A DNA stretch of 64,000 nt from Paramoeba atlantica (Eukaryota > Protista > Discosea). The notes under the pieces are model-generated. The model made no database searches. It was not told where the DNA came from and saw only the letters and a program-made list of their open reading frames with translations. Where the stretch lies: positions 868,001 to 932,000 of the forward strand of contig CDRNVI010000044.1 in the NCBI GenBank assembly GCA_977017575.1, read 5' to 3'. The translations under genes were made by a program, and so were the position numbers. Below, piece by piece: positions 19,516 through 29,320 of this stretch (the first letter of the stretch is position 1; each line of letters starts with the position of its first letter).

Positions 19516-20484
19516 TTATGGGGAGCGTGTCGTGTCCTTTGTTAATCCAGAGAATGGTTGATTTCGGTTCCAGTAGATATCCCCCTTGCGGCGTCGCATG
19601 TCCTGCTCCAATTCAGTATAATCCTCGTGTTTGTCTGGTGGAATGCTATGCACATCAGTAGATTCTGTGCCAATAGAGGAATCACCGCCCCCTTCAAGCT
19701 CGCCAATGGGCGTTTCGCCGGCATTGGGGGCCACAATTTGGTGAGCTTCCTCAAATGTGGTATTGGACTCCTCAGCTGTACCTCGGTAAGTCTTACTTGA
19801 CGTCACGGATCCGCTGTATTTATAAAATTGTGAGACCTGTTCCTGCATGGCTGCAGCTAACATTTCTTTTGACTGTGATTTAGAGGTCAGATTAATTTTC
19901 ATCACTCGCCGAGTGTTAGGGTAGCCGAAAAGTGCCGGGGGGCGCACAGGAAGTCCCAATTTGAGTCTTTCTCGGCCTTCCACATTAGGTTCCAAAATAG
20001 AAAATATGTAATAGTGTTTGTATTTACTCATTTTTCGACATTTCTTTATGTGGACTAAATCGCCCTCAACGCATGCCATGTCTTCATCATGGGCAAAGTA
20101 TCTTCCTGTTTTAGCTACTCTTTGATTAAATTTGGGGTAGTAAACCATGTAGTTTGCGGCCACTACAGCTGTTTTTAACATGGAAGTAGAAACAACGTAG
20201 CCTATTTTGTCGGCGCCCCGAGCACTATTGAAAATAAGGGAAGTTGCATCATACGGCCATCCCATACGATGTGGCCGCGTCTTCATGACCCCGATTTGTG
20301 CAACATTAAGATGGGTCCGTCCCCGATTAGGGAAATGTCCTCTTCGGTACTTTTTCACGTATATTTTGTGCGTAGCAGGCCATACACGCCGCTGAACGTG
20401 TCCTCCGCGCTGAAGAACCTTCATATTTTTTTGTTCTGTGGAATAGTTCCACCATGGAAGCAGCCTAGAGCACACTCGAAACAT
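19516..20484 (-). CDS. MRPS17: Mitochondrial ribosomal protein uS17m with extensions
   Basis: GYVVSTSMLKTAVV...YPKFNQRVAKTGRYFAHDE...CVEGDLVHIKKCRKMSKYKHY is an S17 core; the N-terminus resembles a mitochondrial presequence. Confidence 0.85.
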   Translation of the reverse strand: MFRVCSRLLPWWNYSTEQKNMKVLQRGGHVQRRVWPATHKIYVKKYRRGHFPNRGRTHLNVAQIGVMKTRPHRMGWPYDATSLIFNSARGADKIGYVVSTSMLKTAVVAANYMVYYPKFNQRVAKTGRYFAHDEDMACVEGDLVHIKKCRKMSKYKHYYIFSILEPNVEGRERLKLGLPVRPPALFGYPNTRRVMKINLTSKSQSKEMLAAAMQEQVSQFYKYSGSVTSSKTYRGTAEESNTTFEEAHQIVAPNAGETPIGELEGGGDSSIGTESTDVHSIPPDKHEDYTELEQDMRRRKGDIYWNRNQPFSGLTKDTTRSP

Positions 20485-20637
20485 ATAAAATAAACCTATG
20501 TATACTTAAATCATCGCGTTGGTATATCGTTTAGCCAAACTCGTGAAAGCAATATCGTACTCTCAATAACACAGAATACTGTTAAAAGATGTGTTCAAAA
20601 AAATTACGCAACACGCATTAAGATATCCTTCTCAAAG

Positions 20638-23496
20638 TCAAAAAACGTTTCTTCTGCCTTTAAAACCGGTTTTCTTTGGTCCCTCTCCCGTTGCCCCCAG
20701 CGGGCGCTTGACTGCTGTACGAGAAACTGTCGACAGTATTTCATCCGACGTTGGCTTCGAGTCATCCGATCCAGGCCGTTCATGCACCGTCACCTTGGAC
20801 ACGGTTAACCCTTGAGCTGCAGCCTGATCGCGATGGTTTGAGGCGAGTGAATTTCCGGTAGTTTGCTCCGTTTTGCTGCTCCGCTGTTCGTTCATGTTTC
20901 GAATATTAAGTAAATGGGGGGCTGCTTCTGCTACCCACTCAGGTTCTACCGCAGACACCATTGTCATGTATTCCCGGTCGCCGCTTGTGTGATGCATCTC
21001 GTGGTAAATAACATATGGTGGCATGGAAGCACCGGTCATGAGGGCGCTGGAGGGGTGGAGATGGGCAGGCACAGACCTTAGCAAAAGAGCACTGTATTGG
21101 GTAAGTGCGTTTCGTCTAGCGACATGAATGTAGTGAGAAAACGCTAAAGCCTTTCGTATCGCATCCAAATGTCTCCCACACGATTTCACAGGATATTTCA
21201 GTCGTAATAGTGTATCCCTAAGTTGCTCTCGAACGAGGTCAATTTGTCTTAGGATACCTTCATTAAGGTTATGACGGTGAATCCAGGAAGCATCATGTCG
21301 ATTCTTTACATAATTCTCGTATATGTTCAAGAGAGTGAGATGATCACTTTCGAATACAAAAAACTTCTCCCTAGCCATGATAGCCTTCTCAATATCTCCA
21401 CTTGGGGGCAAGAAAAGTTTTCGGTAATCAACGCTTAGTACAGCGCTGATGGTAATGGCCTCTTCCGTACACTCAAAGCTGATAGATGCCTCCAGAAACT
21501 TGGCAAGCAATGTATCCAGCGGAAGATCAACCATCAGACGCCCTGTGGAAGTCAGTTTTCCCTCAGAATCGAGAACCTTGAGCCTCCAAAGTTCTAGCAT
21601 TGATTTATTCAAGCTTTTGGGCGGCGGTGCGTCCATTAATGGGAAGCTTCCGATGTCATTTACCTCCAAGGAATTGATTAGTAGAACCACGTGACACATA
21701 TCAGTGCGTTGAATTTCGGGTGTTGTGTATTGGTACATGTCATTTTCGTATTGGTTTTCGGTGTACAGTCTATAGCACCATCCTTCCCTGGTACGCCCTG
21801 CCCGACCTGCACGTTGATCAGCTTGTGCTTGACATATGGGGTACACCTTTAATGTGTTCAGCCCAAGACTAGGAACATACTGCTTTATTTTGCAAAAACC
21901 ACAGTCAACTACAAACTGAATGCCCTCAATTGTCAATGAGGTTTCAGCGATATTTGTAGCAACAACGCACTTCCGTTTCCCTTCTGGGGCCGGTAGAAAC
22001 ATTTTCACTTGGTGAGTCGTTGACATTAGCGAATACACGGGAATAATTACAATATTATCCGCATGCTTTGGACTATATCTCCGCAGACGTTCTCCGAGAA
22101 GATATGTGACACAATTCACGTCCTCTTGTCCGGTCATAAACACAAGAATGTCTCCTGGCATTTCCTTTTTTACGTGAATCTCCATTGCTGTAAGTACTGC
22201 TTGCTCGATGTAATCAGAAACAGGAGATGGTGCGTGTTTCACATGAACCTTAAAAGTTCTACCCGGTATCTGAAAAAGAGGAGCTCCGTTGAAAAACTGA
22301 ACAAAACGTTCTGGGTTCAACGTTGCTGAAGAAATAATCACTCGAAAATCCCTCCTATAACCCAAAACTCTCTTCATAACGCCAAGCAACAAATCCGTAT
22401 CCAGAGAACGTTCGTGGGCCTCATCCAGTATCACACACGAGTACCGGTCCAAGTACAAATCCTGCACGGCTTCTCGCAGTAACACCCCATCCGTGACGTA
22501 ACGAATCCGTGTAGCCGGCGTACAGCAATCCTCGAAACGAATCGCGTACCCGACCGTATCTCCGAGCGCCGTTCCCACCTCCTCCGCCACCCGTTTCGCC
22601 ACCGCAACCGCCGCCGCTCGACGAGGCTGTGTACACCCCACCATCCCCCCTTCCGTGTACCCCCCCTCCATCAGGTACTGCGCCAGCTGCGTAGTCTTCC
22701 CACACCCCGTCTCCCCACTCACCACCAGCACCGGATTCTCCCGCACCGCCTGGAGAAACGCCCCCCGATGGGCGTGCACCGGAAGTTCCCTTCGCACCTT
22801 TTCCATCTCCTCTCTTGACCTTCCCCTTGTGTTGTGTACCTTTTCCATGGCCCTCCCCAAGGAGGGCTGCGCGTGGGTCGTTTCCTCTTCTTTTTCTTTT
22901 TCTTCTTGTTCTTCTTCTCCCTCCCCACGCCCTCCCTCCAGCCTTTGCCCCTCCCCTTTGCCCCCTCGCGGGTCCATCTCCCGTAACTCACGGGTTTGCC
23001 GCAGCCGCTGCTGGAGCTGCCGGTAGCCGCGTAAGCTCTCGGACCCGTTCAGCGCGGAGAGCGCGAGCGCACTGCGGGGGTCTCGAAAGAGAGACACGGG
23101 TTGGGGCGCCTCGGGGGTGTCCGGGTCCTGGGGGGCGCCAGCGTGCGGGAGACGCATAAACGGGGGGGACCAGGCCTCCGGTTTCGCGGTCAGCACCACA
23201 GGCGTGTCCTCCTCGGTCTCCACCACGGGGTGAAAGGGGTTTGGAGGTTGCGAAGGAGTGGTCAATCGGGTCGATGCCTCATGGGGGAGAGAGACCCGGG
23301 GAAAGGGGTCGCGGGGAAAGGGGTCGCGTGAGGTACGTAAGGACTGGAGGACGTTCTGTTCTCGTGTTTTGTAGTGATGATCTAAGGAGGGGTGGGTCTC
23401 ATGGACGGTAACGGATTCGAGAACGGTGTCATCTTCACGATCGTACCATGTGGTGTCCGATAAGCGGTCAAGGGGGGTCTCCGCATGTTGTGCCAT
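20638..23496 (-). CDS. PRP16: Spliceosomal DEAH-box helicase Prp16/DHX38
   Basis: GETGCGKTTQLAQYL, DEAH, SAT and QRAGRAGRT motifs; REKFFVFESDHLTLLNIY is typical of Prp16. Confidence 0.85.
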   Translation of the reverse strand: MAQHAETPLDRLSDTTWYDREDDTVLESVTVHETHPSLDHHYKTREQNVLQSLRTSRDPFPRDPFPRVSLPHEASTRLTTPSQPPNPFHPVVETEEDTPVVLTAKPEAWSPPFMRLPHAGAPQDPDTPEAPQPVSLFRDPRSALALSALNGSESLRGYRQLQQRLRQTRELREMDPRGGKGEGQRLEGGRGEGEEEQEEKEKEEETTHAQPSLGRAMEKVHNTRGRSREEMEKVRRELPVHAHRGAFLQAVRENPVLVVSGETGCGKTTQLAQYLMEGGYTEGGMVGCTQPRRAAAVAVAKRVAEEVGTALGDTVGYAIRFEDCCTPATRIRYVTDGVLLREAVQDLYLDRYSCVILDEAHERSLDTDLLLGVMKRVLGYRRDFRVIISSATLNPERFVQFFNGAPLFQIPGRTFKVHVKHAPSPVSDYIEQAVLTAMEIHVKKEMPGDILVFMTGQEDVNCVTYLLGERLRRYSPKHADNIVIIPVYSLMSTTHQVKMFLPAPEGKRKCVVATNIAETSLTIEGIQFVVDCGFCKIKQYVPSLGLNTLKVYPICQAQADQRAGRAGRTREGWCYRLYTENQYENDMYQYTTPEIQRTDMCHVVLLINSLEVNDIGSFPLMDAPPPKSLNKSMLELWRLKVLDSEGKLTSTGRLMVDLPLDTLLAKFLEASISFECTEEAITISAVLSVDYRKLFLPPSGDIEKAIMAREKFFVFESDHLTLLNIYENYVKNRHDASWIHRHNLNEGILRQIDLVREQLRDTLLRLKYPVKSCGRHLDAIRKALAFSHYIHVARRNALTQYSALLLRSVPAHLHPSSALMTGASMPPYVIYHEMHHTSGDREYMTMVSAVEPEWVAEAAPHLLNIRNMNEQRSSKTEQTTGNSLASNHRDQAAAQGLTVSKVTVHERPGSDDSKPTSDEILSTVSRTAVKRPLGATGEGPKKTGFKGRRNVF

Positions 23497-23889
23497 TGTT
23501 TTGCCTTTTTCAGCGGATGAATTCTATAACGACGTAGTTTTCTCCGGCGTACGTTTCTCGATCCATGCGCATTTTTTATGCCTTGCTGTCCTGTACTAGA
23601 AAAATAGTTGTGAAAAACAATGGAGAATATTTTTATAGAAAAATGAATTAAAACACTTGTATTATTAATTGCGTGAACATCGGTGGAATGTAAAACGTAG
23701 AATGTAAATAGCCATATAGTTCCACATACAACGTACGAGTACATTGATAAATCTAAAGAAATCACTGATATTGTTTCGTCCGCATAAAATGATCGGAGTG
23801 TTTGCTTTATTGACGCGCGGTATTTCTACAGCGTAGTACGTATCACTTAAAATATAATATATAAAATACAATAGAATTCTTCAAAGATT

Positions 23890-24453
23890 CTAAATTGGTT
23901 TGATACGAAAGTGTGTGCTAATCAAGGCAAAGATTAACGCCTTGAGGTCTTGGGATAAATAATAAAATATTTTCAAGCCTTCCGCGTCTGTACAGCATTC
24001 TACCTCAGACAAAGTACCAAGTTTTTCTGTGGTGTACGACGCAGTTTGCGTACCGAGTCGAATTTCCAAATGTTGTCTTCCCGTACGGCCAGCCTTCGGC
24101 CACTTCTTGTCGTTGTACTCTAAAAGTTTGCTATCGCATATGATCTTACGAATCTGGTACAGTATCAAACCCCCGCATACAACATCTTTTTGAATCAACC
24201 CATCTTTCTTATATTCACTCTGATTCACATAGTGCAACAATCCCGTATTAGCCACAGTGAATTGAAGAAACTCATGGCCGTATCGTCCGCGATGCCCCAC
24301 GTAAAATTTTACGAAAAAGTTTGATAAATCCACTGGTTCTTCATCTTCATCAAAAACAAAATGAGATGGCGCGGAAAGAACAACGGATGCCATCGTATCA
24401 GTGGGATTCTCTGAGTCCCCAGTGCCCTGATTTTCAGTTGTAAGGTCTGTCAT
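23890..24453 (-). CDS. MAGO: Mago nashi (exon junction complex core)
   Basis: FYVGHRGRYGHEFLQF, GRQHLEIRLG and FYYLSQDLKALIFALISTHFRIKPI. Confidence 0.95.
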   Translation of the reverse strand: MTDLTTENQGTGDSENPTDTMASVVLSAPSHFVFDEDEEPVDLSNFFVKFYVGHRGRYGHEFLQFTVANTGLLHYVNQSEYKKDGLIQKDVVCGGLILYQIRKIICDSKLLEYNDKKWPKAGRTGRQHLEIRLGTQTASYTTEKLGTLSEVECCTDAEGLKIFYYLSQDLKALIFALISTHFRIKPI

Positions 24454-24668
24454 GTGAGTAGCAGAAAATCAGTCTATAATAGCAATGCAACATACTTATG
24501 TTAGTACGTAAAATAATGCTATTCTAAAGCCGCTAGTGCTATTCTATTTTTTAAGCTAAAATTCGATTCCAGTTTTCTTTAAAAATGGTATGCGGCCACG
24601 TAATTTAGTGTCTGAATCATCATTTTTTGCTACGTATTCATTTATGCCACTCGATATACAGGACTAAA

Positions 24669-26459
24669 TTACACTCTACCAAATTGGTTTCGCAAGTTCT
24701 TCTCATAGTCGGATGCGTGAGCAAGCTCTTTTGTAGCTACTTGAATTCGATGCTTTGCCGCATTAGATTCTGTTTCCCTCATGTGCTCAAAAACGACCGC
24801 TTGCATTCGGAGATCCTTGTACTCTTTAATAGTATCCTTAAGACGTTTTTCGAGATAATTAAATTGCAATGCACTATTTTTATCCCGGACGGAAGACTGT
24901 TGATCGGGGGTACAGATGTTTGCTCTCAATTTACTATTATGCCTTTGCAAAGCAGTAGTAACATCTGAAATACTCAATGAATTTCTTTGTTCATCCATGT
25001 TTTCAAACCGATTTTTGGTCTCAGCAAATTTCATATTTTCGTATTCAATTAGCTTGAAACTTCTTTCACGCTGTGCAGCGGTGATACATGTGGGCTGCAA
25101 AAGTTCATTGTGGACAAGTTCAGTAGGAGAAAGGTTTTTAGTGTGCTTGTTTTCGTGTGAAGAAAATGTTTTATCGTCCGCTGATTTCTCACTTTTTTTA
25201 ATCTGCCGAACATCTTCCTCACCCACATATTGGTCTTGGCGCTGGGACGGCCCTCTCGTTAAATCCGTCATATTCTCAGGAAATGGCTGAGCACCAGAGA
25301 CTGGCACTATGGGAATTACCATCTCTAGATCTTTTAGAAAGGTCGGAATAAGGCTCGATCCATCTATATTACGAAGCGCAACACTATCAGTTACACGTTT
25401 TGAAAATGTTTCCGACATAAAGTTATTTTTCTGTTGGTTTTTATCGAGGGACTCCTCCTCGGCGTCATCGAATTCAAAGCGAGGAACAACAGGAAATGGA
25501 TGTGTCGTATTTCTCTCGTCTTTTATCACTTTCTCACTATCGGAGGAGACTGTGGGGGTTTCGGGGCGATGGCTACCATGCGACGTAGCTTGCTGTTGCG
25601 AGTCCTTACGTAGAGACTTGGTCTTTTCACCTTCTAAAATGCGAATGTCTAACACAGGCGTCGTGTTGTCAATCACTGGATTTAAGCTATCATGAGAATC
25701 CGAAAATGCTGCGCGAGACAAAACAGAGTCGCGCAATATTTGCTTTTCTACCTGTTCTTCATACGTCGCAGCAGTTTCGCCTTCTACTAACATGGGGGCA
25801 CCTTCTGAATTCAAAATTCTTTTCCGTAGCACACGGCGCTCCGCCTCTGTTGTCTCATCCTTCGCAATTAACCCTGCCTGCCGTAATTCTCTCTCCCGCT
25901 GTAGTTTGCTAAGACCCCGGGCTTGCGCGATTATCGACTCCTTATGTTTGCGCTTATCCTTCCGACTTTGGACGTTCGCAAGTCGTGCTCGTCCCTCTGC
26001 AAGCATCGCTTCTTCGTCCGCATCCAAATCTATGGCGTCCGGTATTGGCGGCTGCGTGTGTGGATATGACGCCTCAGCTCGAAAAAGCGAAGGAGAATCC
26101 ACATCTGGATTTTCCCCTTTCTCTGAGGTCCACTCGTTTTGTAGCAATTCTTCATAACGGGAGAGACACTGTTGAGCACTGCGTCCCATGGACTGGCCAA
26201 TCGTTCTCCACTGCTGTGGAAACCGTCTAATATTTTCAATCAACTGAATGTCCTCCTCGGAAGTCCAATTGTGTTTCTTAAGCCGTGGATCTAAATATTC
26301 TGACCACCGAGCCCGACACTGTTTCGGGGTTTTATAGCGCAGCACGGAGGAGATGCGAGACCAGTCGTTAGTGCCGTACTTCATAACAAACGCCGTAAGA
26401 AGCTGGTCCTCCGAGTTGCGCCAAGTAGAACGCCTCGGGTCGTTGAGGTTGCTAAACAT
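24669..26459 (-). CDS. CDC5: Cdc5/Cef1 Myb-repeat splicing factor (NTC)
   Basis: Two Myb repeats (WRNSEDQLLTAFVMKYGTNDWSRISS; WTSEEDIQL) and PDAIDLDADEEAMLAEGRARLAN. Confidence 0.93.
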   Translation of the reverse strand: MFSNLNDPRRSTWRNSEDQLLTAFVMKYGTNDWSRISSVLRYKTPKQCRARWSEYLDPRLKKHNWTSEEDIQLIENIRRFPQQWRTIGQSMGRSAQQCLSRYEELLQNEWTSEKGENPDVDSPSLFRAEASYPHTQPPIPDAIDLDADEEAMLAEGRARLANVQSRKDKRKHKESIIAQARGLSKLQRERELRQAGLIAKDETTEAERRVLRKRILNSEGAPMLVEGETAATYEEQVEKQILRDSVLSRAAFSDSHDSLNPVIDNTTPVLDIRILEGEKTKSLRKDSQQQATSHGSHRPETPTVSSDSEKVIKDERNTTHPFPVVPRFEFDDAEEESLDKNQQKNNFMSETFSKRVTDSVALRNIDGSSLIPTFLKDLEMVIPIVPVSGAQPFPENMTDLTRGPSQRQDQYVGEEDVRQIKKSEKSADDKTFSSHENKHTKNLSPTELVHNELLQPTCITAAQRERSFKLIEYENMKFAETKNRFENMDEQRNSLSISDVTTALQRHNSKLRANICTPDQQSSVRDKNSALQFNYLEKRLKDTIKEYKDLRMQAVVFEHMRETESNAAKHRIQVATKELAHASDYEKNLRNQFGRV

Positions 26460-26852
26460 ATCAGAAAATAGATTAGAAGAATCAAGAATAAGGGTAAAAA
26501 TAGACGTGCGTTGTACGGCTATCGATGTCTTGCTGACATACTACTCATTCTTTATAATCGTTGCATACAAACATTCCGAAACGGTTTCATAAATACCCCG
26601 AAACGTTTCAATAAAGGCCTTCTCTGGAATACTGGATGAGAAATTTCTTAGACAGCTCTGAGATGCCAGACGCATCCATGGGTATTTTTTTTATTCTTAT
26701 TTTCTGTGTTCAGGCTTGCCGGGGAAGGCTCTTCGAAATATGCAGTAATAAGGTATATTTCTTCGGATGCTTCCGGGTTTCTATATTCATAGTCTTTACT
26801 ATATGCAGTACTCAGTACATCAGAGAGTACTTGAGCGTGTAGCTCACAATTT

Positions 26853-27227
26853 CTAGGGTGCTCTTGACTCTAACATTGTGTAAATCTGTGAAAAGAGTCC
26901 CATCAGCACAAGGCAAAGAGGCATGGTGCGTGTAGCACATCGTGCTTCCCGTAAAAGTGTGCGGACCACTAGAAGACAATGTCTTCGCAAGGAAATAAGA
27001 TGGTTCCCCCTTGCTTTCCCTGTTTTAAGGATTTCCTGACAAAGTCTACGTGACAACACGCAAGATTTACTATACCAGATACAGTGTCGCATGCCAATCC
27101 GGTAAGATTTTAGGACTGTTCGTAGCACTTTTACTTCATTTTCAATGGTTGAAACAGAATAAAACTGATTCGAAGGAACGTTTCCATTGCGTTTACAATG
27201 TCCTGCTCCACTGTATGAGGCCGTCAT
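26853..27227 (-). CDS. Small protein resembling the Rmp1/NEPRO N-terminal (DUF4477) domain
   Basis: ATG start on the sense strand. IENEVKVLRTVLKSYRIGMRH and PLCLVLMGLFSQIYTML recall the ExxVLxxxL..RH and LxLVxxGLxSRxxxL blocks of NEPRO/Rmp1 (compared from memory). Confidence 0.5.
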   Translation of the reverse strand: MTASYSGAGHCKRNGNVPSNQFYSVSTIENEVKVLRTVLKSYRIGMRHCIWYSKSCVLSRRLCQEILKTGKARGNHLISLRRHCLLVVRTLLREARCATRTMPLCLVLMGLFSQIYTMLESRAP

Positions 27228-27598
27228 ACTGCGCTGCCCATTGAAGACTCCATTTTACCTTATCAGACGATTTAGTGGATCATCAGTTGATTATTAAACT
27301 CTAAATTAAAGTTCTACCATGCTAAAAATGTTACAGAATGTATCCTTTTATCACGTTTCCTCTACTACTACATTTTTTCTTGTAATGTACACTTAAGTAA
27401 TATGTATTCATGAAAAATATACGCGTACACAAAAACCAGTTTTTCCGCACTCATACATTGACAACGATCACATTTTCAAGCACGCATTCCCACAGATACA
27501 TACAGATTGTAGGTCGTCAACATATCCTATGTGTCCGTAGTACGTATTCGTGTTCATGAAAGCCATACAATAAAGATGTTACATCTCATTCAAAATGT

Positions 27599-27952
27599 CT
27601 ATTGCTGCACGCGCACCTTTTTTCTAGTACTCGAAGTACTCTCTCCTGGCCTCTTTTTACCCTTTTCTGGCATCTTGCTTGCAACACGAGGTGTTGACAA
27701 GTCTGCAAGCAACGCGTCCAAGTTTACACTGTCGCTTAATTGATAAAATCTGATGTTGTTTCCCCTTACTGTAAGGCAATCAAGCTCCGAGCGGGGTTTT
27801 TCCTTGCTGCTGACTTTCACATTTTTTAGATGAGTGTTCATCGCATTGTCAACTCCAGTCACTGTACCGTTCACTGCGCTGCCATCCTTCAAATGTAACG
27901 TCACCACTTCATTTGTCAATTTCATAAGAAATCGAACCAAATTCAGGGGCAT
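27599..27952 (-). CDS. SMD1: Sm core protein SmD1
   Basis: LVRFLMKLTNEVVTLHLKDGSAVNGTVTGVDNAMNTHL and LTVRGNNIRFY. The basic tail has no RG repeats. ATG is at 27952. Confidence 0.93.
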   Translation of the reverse strand: MPLNLVRFLMKLTNEVVTLHLKDGSAVNGTVTGVDNAMNTHLKNVKVSSKEKPRSELDCLTVRGNNIRFYQLSDSVNLDALLADLSTPRVASKMPEKGKKRPGESTSSTRKKVRVQQ

Positions 27953-28181
27953 CAAGGAATAAAGAAATGCGAGTTGAAAAAGTGACTAAAAAGCAATAAA
28001 GATTGAAAATCACGGGCAAGTACAAATCAAAATGCTTCAAAAACTAACTCAACGAAGAGTAGCGATTAGACACAGCATGCATACCTTGCACTGAAAGAAG
28101 ATTGTTATTTTAATCGTAACAATAATAATATAAAAAGAAAGCTCGGGCAGATGGGTGTGCTAGGCCCCGGCAGTCATCGCA

Positions 28182-28258
28182 CATCGACAGAGCCTCTGAC
28201 CCGTTGGTGTGTGGTTAGATGTTTTATGTGTCGTAGAGGCGTTGGTCGATGAAAAACA
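28182..28258. ncRNA. Candidate structured RNA hairpin, unassigned
   Basis: CATCGAC (28182-28188) pairs with GTCGATG (28245-28251), GCCTCT with AGAGGC, and GAC with GTC. It forms a GC-rich island within AT-rich intergenic DNA. Confidence 0.3.
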
Positions 28259-28591
28259 ATTAACGACTACTTTACCATAATCATAGAACGGCAGCATACT
28301 TTTTTGAAGCAACTACAGCATAGAAAATGTTTAAGCTTTGAGACTTAAACAGTTTTTATCCAAAAGAAAAATGCTAAACTACCGAAAGTAACTCATACGA
28401 ATATCATGTTTATCATGATCGAAAAGTCAATGGTTGGTTTAAATATCTAGAAATAATCATGTTGATGATTTTCTCTATTCGCTACAAATAACTGCACTTA
28501 CAAAGAAGATTTCAACGATCATCGTTGTGATAAGTCCTTGAATATCGTGCTAAGATTCGAAGGCACTTCTTTGTTCCGCTGAACCCATTGC

Positions 28592-28873
28592 TTACACCGC
28601 TAGCTTGGAAACTCTCGTAGGTATGCGTGCCGCGTAATGGATATCAATACACTCCCTCATATTCGCAAGAACAGCTACCGTTGTAGTCAACAACACTAAA
28701 AAAGACACCAAAAAAGCGTGAGGGAGGTAGCTATATTCCATTGGTGGAAAGTAATCCATCCAAGGATGAGTCAAATTGATAAAAGGTGTGATGATGACCC
28801 ACAGCAGATAGTAGACGTAGAACGCGATGGAACCGTAATAAAGGACAATACCGAATACGGCGTCTGAAACCAT
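28592..28873 (-). CDS. DPM2: Dolichol-phosphate mannose synthase regulatory subunit DPM2
   Basis: YYLLWVIITPFINLTHPWMDYFPPMEY matches DPM2 YYTxWVIxLPF...H....YF; two TM helices; ATG at 28873. Confidence 0.85.
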   Translation of the reverse strand: MVSDAVFGIVLYYGSIAFYVYYLLWVIITPFINLTHPWMDYFPPMEYSYLPHAFLVSFLVLLTTTVAVLANMRECIDIHYAARIPTRVSKLAV

Positions 28874-29320
28874 CGGAATGCAGGTCACACCACAGGTCTA
28901 AGGATTGCTACATTCGTGCAGGTAGTGGTATAAGAATAACAAAAGAAATTATTTTTCGTTCACTCAACTTTTTGAAGTGTAAAATCACACGTCTTTCAAA
29001 AGGGAAATTATACTTTGTGGAATCTTTCATTGAATGGGTTTGTCAGAATCCGCTTTCTCTCATCCATTCCTCTTTCTGAGAGCAGCTTTGACGGACTCAT
29101 TATATCTGTTTTCTTTATGACACGTGAGAACTGAGCTAGTAAGAAAAAGATTAGTGAATCGTAAATAATATGTAACTCGTAAATAATATGTCTTGAATTG
29201 CCTTTAGAAATCGTGGACACAATGTGTCTAATATTCCAATGTATCAATATGTGTCACAGAATCCAAGAGCAAAGGCACTACTTGTGCATTCGGTGCCGCA
29301 GTGCTAAAACTAGTGGTTGC

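Noticed and set aside
28141-28600. RNase MRP RNA or a C/D snoRNA cluster
   Set aside because: AGGCCCCGG resembles CR-I only partly, and no complementary GGGGCT (P4/CR-V) follows on that strand. The ATGAT motifs lack matching CTGA D boxes.
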